Shown one piece after another: positions 33,377 to 43,234 of a stretch of DNA of 59,209 bases; position 1 is the first letter of the stretch; each line of letters begins with the position of its first letter. Source of the DNA: Aristaeellaceae bacterium. Lineage in GTDB: Bacteria; Bacillota; Clostridia; Christensenellales; Aristaeellaceae. A program made the position numbers and the translations under genes. The notes beneath the pieces are model-generated. The model saw nothing but the letters and a program-made list of their open reading frames with translations. It had not been told where the DNA came from and did no database searches. The stretch spans positions 1 through 59,209 of the forward strand of contig JBJEUL010000176.1 of assembly GCA_051883835.1 (NCBI GenBank), written 5' to 3'.

Positions 33377-34963
33377 ATGAAGCATCTGTTCCGTTCCCTG
33401 CTGGCCCTCATGCTGGCACTGACCCTGCTGTGCGGCCATGTGGCCTTCGCCGCCGAGGGCGAGAAGTCCGCCAACATCGCCGTGACCTCGCCCATCACCA
33501 CCCTGAATCCCCTCATGTGCGATGCCACCGAAATCGTCAAGTACGCCACATCGCTGGTGTTCCTGCCGCTGGTGGAGCTCAATGCCGAGCTGGAATTCGT
33601 GCCCCAGCTGGCGCAGAGCATCACCACCGAGGACAATCAAACTTTCACCATCCGCCTGCAGGAGAATGCCGTGTGGTCTGACGGTACCCCCATCACCGCC
33701 AAGGACGTGGAGTTCACCTTCCTGCTCATCACCAGCCCCGAGTGCTTCTACAGCTGGCTGAACCAGGCCAGCATTGTCGGCACGGATGACAGCGGCCTTG
33801 CACCCCAGGGCGCGACCAGCCTGGAGGGCGTGAAGGTCATTGACGACAAGACCCTGACCGTCTCCACCAAGTGGCCTGTGGCCCTGTACACCTTCGAGAA
33901 CATTCTGGGCCGCTATCTGTTCCCCCTGCCCGAGCATGTGCTGGGCGATACGCCCCGGGATCAGCTGCTGAGCAGCGAGTGGTTCAGCAAGCCCGATGTC
34001 ATCTCCGGCCCCTACTTCGTGGAAAGCTATGACCCCAACCATTATGTGAACTATGTGGCCAACCAGAACTATTTCATGGGCGCGCCCAAGCTGGACCGGC
34101 TGAACCTGAAGGTCGTTTCCCCCGCGCAGATGCTGGCTGGCTTGCAGTCCGGCGAGATTGACCTGGTGCAGCCCACCACCGGCGACATGCCGCTGGAGGA
34201 CTACGAGGCCATCACCGCTCTGAGCAACGTCACCGCCAAGCCTGCTACCCCCGTGACCAACCAGTGCGTGTTCTTCAATACCCAGCGCGTCACCGATGTG
34301 CGCATCCGTCAGGCTCTGGCTTATGCGCTGGATCGTCAGACCATCCTGGAGGGCCTGGTGCTGGGCTATGGCGAGATTGTTGATGCCTTCCTCTGCTCCG
34401 CTTCCCCCTTCTACTCCGAGGAGCTGGGCGTGACCGAGTACAACCCCGACAAGGCCCGTGAGCTGGTCAAGGCCGCCACGGCGGACGGCGCATCCGCTGA
34501 CCTGACCTGGTACGTCAACAGCGGCGATGCCACCTTCGTCAACGCTTCCGCCTATATTGCCGCCACCATGCAGGAGGTCGGCCTGAACATCACCATCAAG
34601 ACGGTTGACCTGTCCATGCTCATGGAGGTGGCCGGCTCCGGCGACTTCGATGTGCTGAGCGTGGAATATACCCTGGCTCCTGTGGACCCCTACAGCGACA
34701 TGGCATGGCTGCTCTCCGCCGATGGCTGGACCCACTACAGCAATGACAGCGTGGACGCCAATCTGGCCCTCACCCAGTCCGCCACCGACATGGAGGATGT
34801 CCGCAAGGCTTATCTGGCCGTGAACCAGGATGTGCAGGAGAACGTCCCCATGGTGTCCTGCTATATCGTCAGCAAGCTGGGCGCGGTGAGCAACCGTCTG
34901 CTCAACGCCACGCCGGATGTGTTCGGCACCTTCATCAACGTCCACGAGTGGGACGTGCAGTAA
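33377..34963 (+). CDS. Peptide/nickel ABC transporter substrate-binding protein (family 5)
   Basis: Signal peptide MKHLFRSLLALMLALTLLCGHVAFA, size and motifs of the OppA/DppA fold, followed by cognate ATPases and permeases. Confidence 0.85.
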   Translation: MKHLFRSLLALMLALTLLCGHVAFAAEGEKSANIAVTSPITTLNPLMCDATEIVKYATSLVFLPLVELNAELEFVPQLAQSITTEDNQTFTIRLQENAVWSDGTPITAKDVEFTFLLITSPECFYSWLNQASIVGTDDSGLAPQGATSLEGVKVIDDKTLTVSTKWPVALYTFENILGRYLFPLPEHVLGDTPRDQLLSSEWFSKPDVISGPYFVESYDPNHYVNYVANQNYFMGAPKLDRLNLKVVSPAQMLAGLQSGEIDLVQPTTGDMPLEDYEAITALSNVTAKPATPVTNQCVFFNTQRVTDVRIRQALAYALDRQTILEGLVLGYGEIVDAFLCSASPFYSEELGVTEYNPDKARELVKAATADGASADLTWYVNSGDATFVNASAYIAATMQEVGLNITIKTVDLSMLMEVAGSGDFDVLSVEYTLAPVDPYSDMAWLLSADGWTHYSNDSVDANLALTQSATDMEDVRKAYLAVNQDVQENVPMVSCYIVSKLGAVSNRLLNATPDVFGTFINVHEWDVQ

Positions 34964-34998
34964 TTCCTTCAGGCCCCGGCCTGCCCGGCGGTCTGCGT

Positions 34999-35033
34999 CC
35001 TGTCCGGGGGTCATGCCCCGGACAGGCTTTTCC
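34999..35033 (+). terminator. Intra-operon terminator/attenuator after the substrate-binding protein gene
   Basis: CCTGTCCGGGG-GTCATG-CCCCGGACAGG followed by CTTTTCC. Confidence 0.55.
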
Positions 35034-35054
35034 CTATTCTGAACATGGAAAGGC

Positions 35055-36038
35055 ATGAGCGCATTGGAGCCAATCCTTGAGGTGAAGGAGCTGGATATCG
35101 CCTTTGACAGCGGCAGAAAGCGCGTCCCCAAGACGGACAAGGTATCCTTCCGGGTCGCGCCGGGGGAGATTGTCTGCCTTGTGGGCGAGAGCGGCTGCGG
35201 CAAGAGCATTACCGCCCTGTCCATTCTGGGCCTGCTGAGCCGACAGGGTCATGTTACCGGCGGCTCCATCCGCTTTGACGGGCAGGAGCTGCTCACCATG
35301 ACGGACAGGCAGCTGGATCAAATCCGCGGCAGGGATGCAGCGATGATTTTTCAGGACATCATGTATTCCCTCAACCCGGTGTTTACCATCGGCCATCAGC
35401 TGACGGAGGGCATGCGCCGCCACATGAAGCTCCCCCGGGCGCAGGCGCGGGAGAGGGCGGTCGCCCTGCTCCAGCGCACGGGCATCCCGGACGCGCAGGG
35501 GGTCATGGGCAAGTACCCGCACCAATTGTCCGGCGGCATGCGCCAGCGGGCCATGATTGCCATGGCTCTGGCCTGTCAGCCCAAGCTGCTCATTGCCGAC
35601 GAGCCCACCACCGCGCTGGATGTGACCATTCAGCTGCAAATCATGCAGCTCCTGCGCTCCCTGCGGGATGAAACGGGGCTGGCCATCCTGCTCATCACCC
35701 ATGATATCGGCGTGGTGGCGGAAATGGCCGACCGGGTGGTGGTCATGTATGCCGGGCAGTGCGTGGAGCAGGCGGACACCCGCACCCTGCTCACCGCTCC
35801 GGCCCATCCCTACACCCGTGCGCTGATGCAGGCCGTCCCCGGCATTCACGATGACCGGAGCCGCCGCCTTTACGCCATTCCCGGCGCGGTGCCGGAGGAT
35901 TACAGCGGCCTGGAGGGCTGCCGGTTTGCGCCCCGATGTCCCTATGCGGAAAGCTGCGGGCAGCATCCTGCCTACGCGCCGCTGACGGAGCAGCATCTGG
36001 TGCGCTGCGAAAAGGCCCGGGAGGTGCAGCATGGCTGA
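35055..36038 (+). CDS. Oligopeptide/dipeptide ABC transporter ATP-binding protein (OppD/DppD-like)
   Basis: Walker A GESGCGKS, signature LSGGMRQR, Walker B LLIADEPTTALD, C-terminal oligopeptide-type extension with Cys residues. Confidence 0.9.
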   Translation: MSALEPILEVKELDIAFDSGRKRVPKTDKVSFRVAPGEIVCLVGESGCGKSITALSILGLLSRQGHVTGGSIRFDGQELLTMTDRQLDQIRGRDAAMIFQDIMYSLNPVFTIGHQLTEGMRRHMKLPRAQARERAVALLQRTGIPDAQGVMGKYPHQLSGGMRQRAMIAMALACQPKLLIADEPTTALDVTIQLQIMQLLRSLRDETGLAILLITHDIGVVAEMADRVVVMYAGQCVEQADTRTLLTAPAHPYTRALMQAVPGIHDDRSRRLYAIPGAVPEDYSGLEGCRFAPRCPYAESCGQHPAYAPLTEQHLVRCEKAREVQHG

Positions 36039-37029
36039 CAAGCATACACCCCTGATGGAGGTGCGCGCCCTGCGCAAGACCTATCCCGCCGCCAACGGCT
36101 CCCTGCTGCATCGGGCGCGCTTCACCGCCGTGGAGGATGTGAGCTTCACGGTGGAGAAGGGCGAAACCTTCGGCATCGTGGGGGAGAGCGGCTGCGGCAA
36201 GTCCACCGTGGCCAAGCTCATCATGGGGCTGGAAAAGCCCGACAGCGGCGAGGTGCTGCTGGAGGGGCGGCGCATCGACCCTCTGTCCGAGCGGCAGTTG
36301 AAGCCCCTGCGCCCGCTGTTCCAGATGGTCTTTCAGGACAGCGGCTCCAGCCTGAATGCCCGCAAGCGTGTGGCCGATATTCTGGCCGAGCCGATGCTGT
36401 ACCATCACATCGTCACCCGCCAGGACGCTGCCCGCCGTGTGGACGAGCTGCTGGAGCTGGTGGGCCTGCCCGCCGCGGCACGGAACCGCTACCCCCATGA
36501 GTTTTCCGGCGGACAGCGGCAGCGCATCTGCGTGGCGAAGGCCCTTTCGCTGAACCCGAAGCTGGTCATTCTGGACGAGCCGGTGTCCGCGCTGGATGTG
36601 TCCGTGCAGGCGCAGATTTTGAACCTGCTCAAGGATTTGCAGCAGCAGTTGGGGCTGACGTGCGTGTTCATCGGGCATGGGCTGGGGGCTGTGCGCTATG
36701 TCAGCCATCGCATTGCGGTGATGTACATGGGGCGTGTGTTGGAAACGGGGGATGCGGAAACGCTGTTCGCCCATCCCGCGCACCCCTACACCAAGGCCCT
36801 GCTGGATGCAGCCCCCATCGCGGACTTTGACCAGCGCAACCGCCAGCGGCTGTCCCTGAAGGGCGAGGCCCACGCGGCCTCCCTGAGCGGCTGTCCCTTC
36901 CGGGATCGCTGCCCCTTTGCATCGGCGGACTGTGCCGGACGGACACCCCTGCTCACCCCTGTGGCAGGCGATGCCGCCCATCTGTCCGCCTGTGACCGTG
37001 CGCTGCGTCAGGAGGAAGGCTCATGCTGA
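36031..37029 (+). CDS. Oligopeptide/dipeptide ABC transporter ATP-binding protein (OppF/DppF-like)
   Basis: GESGCGKST, FSGGQRQR, LVILDEPVSALD. Overlaps the preceding gene by 8 nt. Confidence 0.9.
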   Translation: MADKHTPLMEVRALRKTYPAANGSLLHRARFTAVEDVSFTVEKGETFGIVGESGCGKSTVAKLIMGLEKPDSGEVLLEGRRIDPLSERQLKPLRPLFQMVFQDSGSSLNARKRVADILAEPMLYHHIVTRQDAARRVDELLELVGLPAAARNRYPHEFSGGQRQRICVAKALSLNPKLVILDEPVSALDVSVQAQILNLLKDLQQQLGLTCVFIGHGLGAVRYVSHRIAVMYMGRVLETGDAETLFAHPAHPYTKALLDAAPIADFDQRNRQRLSLKGEAHAASLSGCPFRDRCPFASADCAGRTPLLTPVAGDAAHLSACDRALRQEEGSC

Positions 37030-37967
37030 AATACATCCTGAAAAAGATACTCCTGGCCATCCCGGTGCTGCTGGGCATTACCATCATTGACTTTCTGCTG
37101 ATGAATCTGGCAGGCAGTCCCATCGACATGATGACCGGCCCCAAAATGACCGAGAGCATGAAGGCCATGCGTGCCGCTGCCTGGGGCCTGGATCAGCCCC
37201 TGTGGCGGCAGTACATCGGCTGGCTGGGCGAGGTGCTGCAAGGGAATCTGGGCTATTCCTACAAGAGCTACCAGCCCGTGGCCGACATGATTGCCAGTCA
37301 CATCGGGCCGACGCTGTTGTTGATGGGCTCCTCGCTGGTGCTGGGGTTGCTGATTGCCATTCCCGCAGGCATTTACAGCGCGGTACACCGCTACAAGAAG
37401 CGGGACTACGCCATGGTGACGACCTCCTTTGTGTTTTCCAGCGTGCCGAGCTTTTTCATGGCCCTGCTGCTGATTTACCTGTTCACGGTGAAGCTGGGCT
37501 GGCTGCCCTCCTCGGGCATGACCACGCCCGGCGCGGACGGCAGCCTGACTGACCTGTTGCGGCACATGGTCATGCCGGTGCTGGTGCTGGCGGCAGGCGT
37601 GGCGGGGAGCAATATCCGCTACATCCGCTCCGCTGTGCTGGAAATTCTGGAAATGGACTACCTGCGCACAGCCCGGGCCAAGGGCATCGGCCAGGCGCGG
37701 GTCATCAACAAGCACGCCCTGCGCAACGCCCTGCTGCCCATTGTGACGGTCATCGGCATGCAGATTCCCACGCTCTTTGGCGGCGCGGTCATCATTGAGC
37801 AGGTGTTTTCGTGGCCGGGGCTGGGGCTTATCACCATGAGTGCCATTCTGGGCCGCGATTACCCGGTCATCATGGGCGTTTGTCTGCTGTCGGCGGTGGT
37901 GGTGCTGGTGGCGAACCTGCTCACCGACATCGTGTACGCGCTGGTAGACCCCACCATCAAGTATTGA
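37023..37967 (+). CDS. ABC transporter permease (OppB/DppB-like)
   Basis: 6 TM helices, EAA-loop region YLRTARAKGIGQARVINKHALRNAL. Confidence 0.88.
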   Translation: MLKYILKKILLAIPVLLGITIIDFLLMNLAGSPIDMMTGPKMTESMKAMRAAAWGLDQPLWRQYIGWLGEVLQGNLGYSYKSYQPVADMIASHIGPTLLLMGSSLVLGLLIAIPAGIYSAVHRYKKRDYAMVTTSFVFSSVPSFFMALLLIYLFTVKLGWLPSSGMTTPGADGSLTDLLRHMVMPVLVLAAGVAGSNIRYIRSAVLEILEMDYLRTARAKGIGQARVINKHALRNALLPIVTVIGMQIPTLFGGAVIIEQVFSWPGLGLITMSAILGRDYPVIMGVCLLSAVVVLVANLLTDIVYALVDPTIKY

Positions 37968-37974
37968 AGGAGGT

Positions 37975-38832
37975 ATGGCCATGCCCTCATCCGGATGGAT
38001 GCCGATCCTTAGGCGGTTCTGCCGCCATCGTCTGGCGGTGGTCAGCCTCTTTGTGCTGACAGTGTTGGTGGTCATGGCGGTGCTGGCACCGCTCATTGCG
38101 CCCTATTCCCCCACCAAGCCCACGGGCGGCTTCTCCAAGGGGCCCAACGCTGCGCACATTCTGGGTACCGACCAGGTGGGCCGGGACGTGTTCAGCCGCC
38201 TGCTCTACGCCATGCGGGTGTCGCTACTGGTGGGCTTTCTGGCAACGGTCAATTCCACCATCATCGGCGTGGTGCTGGGACTTATCAGCGGCTATGTGGG
38301 GGGCTGGGTGGACAAGGCCCTCATGTCCCTGACGGATATGGTCATGTCCTTCCCCTACATCCTGCTGGTGCTGGTGGCGGCGGCCATCTTTGAGCCGGGG
38401 CTGTGGACGATTGTGCTGATTCTGGGCTTTGTGGACTGGCCGGGCGTGGCGCGGCTGGTGCGGGGCAACGTGCTGTCCCTGCGGGAAACGAATTTCGTCA
38501 AGAGTGCGCGGACAGCTGGCATGCCCGGACGCTTCATCCTCTTTTCCGAGATACTGCCCAACACCCTTGGCCCGGTGCTGGTGTATGCCACCAGTGTCTT
38601 TGCCATTTCCATTCTGGACGAAGCGGCCCTGAGCTATCTGGGCATGGGTGTTCAGCCGCCCACGCCCTCGCTGGGGAACATGCTGGGCGGGGCGGAGTCC
38701 CTGTCCATCCTGACCACCAAGCCATGGCTGTGGCTCCCTGCGGGGCTGGCGGTCATCCTGCTGGTGACATGCATCAATCTGGTTGGCGATGCGCTGCGGG
38801 ACGCGCTGGACCCCCGCAATTCCCTGACGTAA
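37975..38832 (+). CDS. ABC transporter permease (OppC/DppC-like)
   Basis: 6 TM helices, HILGTDQVGRDVFSRLLY N-terminal motif, EAA-loop FVKSARTAGMPGRFILF. Confidence 0.88.
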   Translation: MAMPSSGWMPILRRFCRHRLAVVSLFVLTVLVVMAVLAPLIAPYSPTKPTGGFSKGPNAAHILGTDQVGRDVFSRLLYAMRVSLLVGFLATVNSTIIGVVLGLISGYVGGWVDKALMSLTDMVMSFPYILLVLVAAAIFEPGLWTIVLILGFVDWPGVARLVRGNVLSLRETNFVKSARTAGMPGRFILFSEILPNTLGPVLVYATSVFAISILDEAALSYLGMGVQPPTPSLGNMLGGAESLSILTTKPWLWLPAGLAVILLVTCINLVGDALRDALDPRNSLT

Positions 38833-38845
38833 GCGAGGTATACAC

Positions 38846-39481
38846 ATGAAGAACCGACTCATCACCCAGACCACCGAGTACGACTGCGGCCCGACCAGCC
38901 TCATCAATGCCCTGCGCTTCCTCTACGAGCGGGAGGAGCTGCCCCCCTGCCTCATCAAGAGCGTGTGGACGCTGTGCAACGATACCTTTTCCCTGCAGGG
39001 CGAGCATGGCAAGCGCGGCACCTCCCGGGCCGTGATGCGCTACCTCTGCTCCTGGCTGGAGGGCTTCGGAGAGGGGTGCCAGTTCCCGATTCGCACCGCC
39101 TATCAGGATGGCGAGGATGCTGTCATTGCGCCGGGGAGTCTGGTGGAGAGGTGCCTGAAAGAGGGCGGCGCGGCGGTGGTGCGCTGCTGGAGCGAGCATT
39201 ACCGGCACTATGTACTGCTGACCGGGCTGATGGCGGGCAACCGGGTGGCTCTGTTTGACCCCTATGACGAGCCGGATGAGGAAGTTTCGCAGGCCCCGGG
39301 GCTGGAAATCGTCCACGGGGAGAAGTTCTACAACATCACCCTGCCCATGGAGACCATGAACCTGCACGGGCAGACCAACTATGCCCTGGGCGACACGGAG
39401 GATCGGGAAATTCTCATGCTGTGGCGCACGCAGGCCACGAGCTGCGCGGTAGGAGGCCATTGTCCCCATGAAGCAACGTAA
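38846..39481 (+). CDS. Stand-alone peptidase C39-like (papain-fold) domain protein
   Basis: QTTEYDCGPTSLINAL (C39-type Q...DCG catalytic Cys context) and downstream HYVLLTG candidate His. No ABC exporter domain is attached. Confidence 0.6.
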   Translation: MKNRLITQTTEYDCGPTSLINALRFLYEREELPPCLIKSVWTLCNDTFSLQGEHGKRGTSRAVMRYLCSWLEGFGEGCQFPIRTAYQDGEDAVIAPGSLVERCLKEGGAAVVRCWSEHYRHYVLLTGLMAGNRVALFDPYDEPDEEVSQAPGLEIVHGEKFYNITLPMETMNLHGQTNYALGDTEDREILMLWRTQATSCAVGGHCPHEAT

Positions 39482-39974
39482 CAAGGCCCAGCGTGTTGCC
39501 CTGCTGGGGCTGCTCATGGCCCTGATGCTGGTGCTGGGCCTGGTGGAGAACATGATTCCGCTCAATGCCGGTGTCCCGGGCATCAAACTGGGCCTGAGCA
39601 ACGGCGTGCTGATTTTCGCGCTGTACATGCTGGACATCCCCACCGCCTTCGGGCTGATGATGGGCAAGGTGCTTTTGGCCAGCATGCTGTATGCAGGCTT
39701 TGGCGCGGCCCCCTATGCGCTGTGCGGCGGCGTGCTGAGCCTTGCCGTGATGGCCCTGCTCAGCCGGGTGAAGGACATTCACCCCATCACGGTGAGCATG
39801 CTGGGCGGTGCGATGCACAACATCGGGCAGGTAGCCTTGGCGATGCTCATCACCCGTACACCGGGGCTGGTGGGCTACATGGGCGTGCTTGTCGCCGTGG
39901 GCTTGGGCTGCGGCCTGCTCACGGGCGTGTGCGCCACGCTGGTGATGAAGCATTTGAAGCATATCCGCCTGTAA
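39468..39974 (+). CDS. Gx transporter family protein (Hpre_diP_synt_I-like membrane protein)
   Basis: 168 aa, 5 TM helices, LVENMIPLNAGVPGIKLGLSNGVLIFAL motif. 14-nt overlap with the C39-like gene. Confidence 0.62.
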   Translation: MKQRNKAQRVALLGLLMALMLVLGLVENMIPLNAGVPGIKLGLSNGVLIFALYMLDIPTAFGLMMGKVLLASMLYAGFGAAPYALCGGVLSLAVMALLSRVKDIHPITVSMLGGAMHNIGQVALAMLITRTPGLVGYMGVLVAVGLGCGLLTGVCATLVMKHLKHIRL

Positions 39975-40008
39975 TCTGCCAGGACAATCCAGATAAGGAG
40001 CTGAACCC

Positions 40009-40857
40009 ATGCCCCGAGACCTGACCCCCAACGAGAAGATTGAGCGAAGCCTCATCAAGCGTTTCCGCAAGGAATTATGGAAGCCCTTCATCGTGGCGGT
40101 GAAACGCTACGAGCTGATTCAGCCCGGGGACAGAATTGCCGTGTGCATCTCCGGCGGCAAGGATTCGATGCTGCTGGCCAAGCTGATGCAGGAGCTGCAC
40201 CGGCACACCTTCATTCCCTTTGAGCAGGTGTTCATCGTGATGGACCCGGGGTACAGCCCGGCCAACCGCGCCCGCATTGAGGAAAACGCCCGGCTGATGG
40301 AGATTCCCATTCAGATTTTTGAGAGCGACATTTTCGATGTGACCGGCAAGATGAGCTGCAATCCCTGCTACATGTGCGCCCGGATGCGCCGGGGCTTCCT
40401 CTACGACCGGGCGCGAGAGCTGGGCTGCAACAAGATTGCGCTGGGCCATCACTTCAATGATGTGATTGAAACCACCGTGATGGGCATGTTCTATGGGGCG
40501 CAGCTGCAGGGGATGATGCCCAAGCTGCACAGCAAGAACTTTCCGGGCATGGAGCTGATTCGTCCGCTGTACTGCATCCATGAGGACGATATCCTGTCGT
40601 GGTGCCGGTATAATGAGCTGACGTTCATCAACTGTGCCTGCCGTCTGACGGAGCGGGCCGCGCAGGATGTGCATGTATCCAAGCGGCAGGAGGTGAAGGA
40701 GCTGCTGCGCGCGCTGCGGCAGACGAATCCGGATGTAGAAAAGAGCGTGTTCAACAGCATCCACGCCGTGAGTCTGGACACGATGCCCGGCTGCAAGTGG
40801 CGCGGTCAGGAGCATACCTTTCTGGAGTGGTACGACACCGCCGAAGATGCAGAGTAG
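40009..40857 (+). CDS. ttcA: PP-loop ATPase, tRNA 2-thiocytidine biosynthesis TtcA-like
   Basis: PP-loop IAVCISGGKDSMLL, CNPCYMCARMRRG and CAC Cys motifs, GHHFNDVIET. Confidence 0.78.
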   Translation: MPRDLTPNEKIERSLIKRFRKELWKPFIVAVKRYELIQPGDRIAVCISGGKDSMLLAKLMQELHRHTFIPFEQVFIVMDPGYSPANRARIEENARLMEIPIQIFESDIFDVTGKMSCNPCYMCARMRRGFLYDRARELGCNKIALGHHFNDVIETTVMGMFYGAQLQGMMPKLHSKNFPGMELIRPLYCIHEDDILSWCRYNELTFINCACRLTERAAQDVHVSKRQEVKELLRALRQTNPDVEKSVFNSIHAVSLDTMPGCKWRGQEHTFLEWYDTAEDAE

Positions 40858-41071
40858 ACCCCACCAAGGGAACGCGCCAGCGGAGAAGGGTCAAGGGGCG
40901 ATGCCCCTTGTGGGGTGCAGGGGTAAAACCCCTGCGCAGGTCTGGGCGGCAGCCCAGCGCAACATGTTGAAACAACCCAAAAGGAAAAGGAAAAATCAGA
41001 GTTTCCAAGCAGACGACGCAGTTCGTCCGCGTCGGAAACGGCAGGTTCCGGGGAACTGCAAGAGGAACGCC
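40858..41071 (+). repeat. Multi-hairpin intergenic repeat, copy G (full length)
   Basis: Begins immediately after the ttcA TAG. All four hairpins are present. Forms a tail-to-tail pair with copy H. Confidence 0.9.
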
Positions 41072-41203
41072 CCATCAACACACACGGCCCTGCAGAATGT
41101 ATGCTGTCCTGCAGGGCCGTCGTATGAACAAGAAAGCTGCTGCCCGGTTGAGGGACAGCGGCTTGTGTGCATTGGGGGAACGATACGCTCCTTTGGGAGA
41201 ATT

Positions 41204-41399
41204 CGGAACATGCCGTTTCCAGCTCGAACGAACTGCGTCGTCTGCTTGGAAACTCACGCTTTTTCCTTTCTTTTTGGATAAGTGGGACGTGTTGCGCTGG
41301 GCTGCCGCCCAGACCTGCGCAGGGGTTTCACCCCTGCTACCGAGCAAGGGGCATCGCCCCTTGACCCCTTTCCGCTGGCGCGTTCCCTTGGTGGGGTCG
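41204..41399 (-). repeat. Multi-hairpin intergenic repeat, copy H (only minus-strand copy; modules 1-2)
   Basis: The reverse complement aligns end to end with the other copies (CCAAGGGAACGCGCCAGCGGAAAGGGGTCAAGGGGCGATGCCCCTTG...GAGTTTCCAAGCAGACGACGCAGTTCGTTCG). Confidence 0.9.
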
Positions 41400-41417
41400 G
41401 AATAGGGCACCGCCTGC

Positions 41418-41446
41418 TTGACGAAATGGGCGGAAAACGATATAAT
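41418..41446 (+). promoter_or_regulatory. Putative sigma-A promoter of the small-ORF-secDF unit
   Basis: TTGACG (41418-41423), 17 nt, TATAAT (41441-41446). Confidence 0.5.
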
Positions 41447-41500
41447 AGCGTCATTGTGTGCGGCAGAAGCATTCGGGCATCGGGAAAGGAGCGTGTGCGC

Positions 41501-41839
41501 ATGAAATACGCCGGGCGGATTGTGCTGGGGCTGTGCTTTGCGCTGCTGCTCCTTCTGGGCGCGCGGACGCTGGTGGAGGGGCCGCAGGAAACGGCGCATG
41601 CCCTGCCCTGCCTGCCGGAGGGCAGTCTTGTGGCCCTGGAGGCCCAGACAGTCCAGCAGGGAGCCACGGCGCAGGAGGATACCCGTCCCACCTTCCGCGA
41701 GCGCGCCGCACGGCAGGAATTGCAGGCTCAGGGGCCTGCCCTCCTCCCCGTGCGCGACCGCAACGGCCGCCCCATGGCCAGCCGTACCTATGCCCGAACC
41801 GCCTATACGGTCTGTCCCATGGAGGATATGCCCGGATAG
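41501..41839 (+). CDS. Hypothetical small secreted/anchored protein (112 aa)
   Basis: N-terminal hydrophobic segment MKYAGRIVLGLCFALLLLLGA. GGAAAGGAG RBS and a consensus promoter upstream. No family recognised. Confidence 0.45.
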   Translation: MKYAGRIVLGLCFALLLLLGARTLVEGPQETAHALPCLPEGSLVALEAQTVQQGATAQEDTRPTFRERAARQELQAQGPALLPVRDRNGRPMASRTYARTAYTVCPMEDMPG

Positions 41840-41902
41840 ACAAAAGCCCGCACCCCATCGGTTTACCCCCCAAAATATCAATCAATGGAGGAAGCACGCG
41901 AT

Positions 41903-43234
41903 ATGAAATCCAACAATCGCAAGCGCGGCAATGGCAAGACCCGCTCCATCATCGCGCTGTCCATCGTGCTGGTGCTGACCATCGCCATCGGCATCATCGC
42001 AGTGACCGGCATGCCCCTTGACAGCCGCGGCCTGTACAAGCTCAAGTCCTGGCTGCCCACCACCAACGCCGAGAACTGGCCCACCACCCTGTCCCTGGGC
42101 CTTGACCTGCGCGGCGGCGTGTATGTGGAGTACTCCGCTGCCCGCCCCGAGAACAGCGAGGCCAATTTCGACTCCCTGATGGAAGGCACCATCGGCGTCA
42201 TCCAGCAGCGTCTGACCGACAAGGGCTATGCGGAAAGCACCGTGCAGCGCATCGGCGGTGACGGCATCCGCGTGGAAATCCCGGACGTGACCGACCCCGC
42301 CGCCGTGCTGGATCTGATTGGCTCTCCCGCGCAGCTGGAGTTCCGTACCCCCAGCGGTGAAACCTTCATGACCGGCGACATGGTGGAAACTGCCACCGTG
42401 GCCTATCAGGAAGGCGAGTATGTCGTGGCCTTCAAGCTCAACGATGAGGGCGCGAAGATTTTCGCGGAAAAGACCGCTGAGTACCTGAACCAGTCCATCG
42501 CCATCTATCTGGACGGCGTGCAGCTCATCAATCCCCGGGTGCAGACCGTCATCACCGGCGGCAGCGGCATCATCAACGGCATGGACGGCGAGGAAAATGC
42601 CCGCACCATCGCGGCTAAGATTCAGTCCGGTGCCCTGCCCCTGGTGCTGACCCAGCAGAAGGTTGATACCGTGTCCGCCACCCTGGGCGACAACGCCCTG
42701 TCCACCTCCGTGCTGGCGGCCATGATCGGCATTCTGCTGGTGATGCTGGTGATGGTCATCCGCTATCGCCTGAACGGCGTCATTGCTTCCTGGGCCCTGG
42801 TCATCTACATCATTACCCTGTTCTTCCTCATCGCGGTCATTCCGGGCATTCAGCTGACGCTGCCGGGCCTGGCCGGTGTGGTGCTGGGCATCGGCATGGC
42901 GGTGGACGCCAATGTTATCATCTTCGAACGCTTTAACGAGGAAGTCCGCGCGGGCAAGAGCCTGAAGGCCTCCGTGCGCATGGGCTTCAAGAACGCCATG
43001 AGCGCCATCCTGGACGCCAACGTGACCACGCTGATCGCCTCCCTGGTGCTTCTGTGGTACGGCACGGGCTCCATCCAGGGCTTCGCCAAGACGCTGCTGC
43101 TGAGCGTGGTGACCTCCATGTTCACGGCGATTGTGGTGACGCGCTTCCTGATGAAGAATGTTGTGAACCTGGGCGGCCTTGATGTGAAGCTGTTCACCTC
43201 CGGCGTGCAGGTGCGGAAGGAGGAGCAGAAATGA
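41903..43234 (+). CDS. secD: Protein translocase subunit SecD
   Basis: LGLDLRGGVYVEY, periplasmic-type P1 domain, C-terminal 5-TM block with GIGMAVDANVIIFERF. Confidence 0.9.
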   Translation: MKSNNRKRGNGKTRSIIALSIVLVLTIAIGIIAVTGMPLDSRGLYKLKSWLPTTNAENWPTTLSLGLDLRGGVYVEYSAARPENSEANFDSLMEGTIGVIQQRLTDKGYAESTVQRIGGDGIRVEIPDVTDPAAVLDLIGSPAQLEFRTPSGETFMTGDMVETATVAYQEGEYVVAFKLNDEGAKIFAEKTAEYLNQSIAIYLDGVQLINPRVQTVITGGSGIINGMDGEENARTIAAKIQSGALPLVLTQQKVDTVSATLGDNALSTSVLAAMIGILLVMLVMVIRYRLNGVIASWALVIYIITLFFLIAVIPGIQLTLPGLAGVVLGIGMAVDANVIIFERFNEEVRAGKSLKASVRMGFKNAMSAILDANVTTLIASLVLLWYGTGSIQGFAKTLLLSVVTSMFTAIVVTRFLMKNVVNLGGLDVKLFTSGVQVRKEEQK

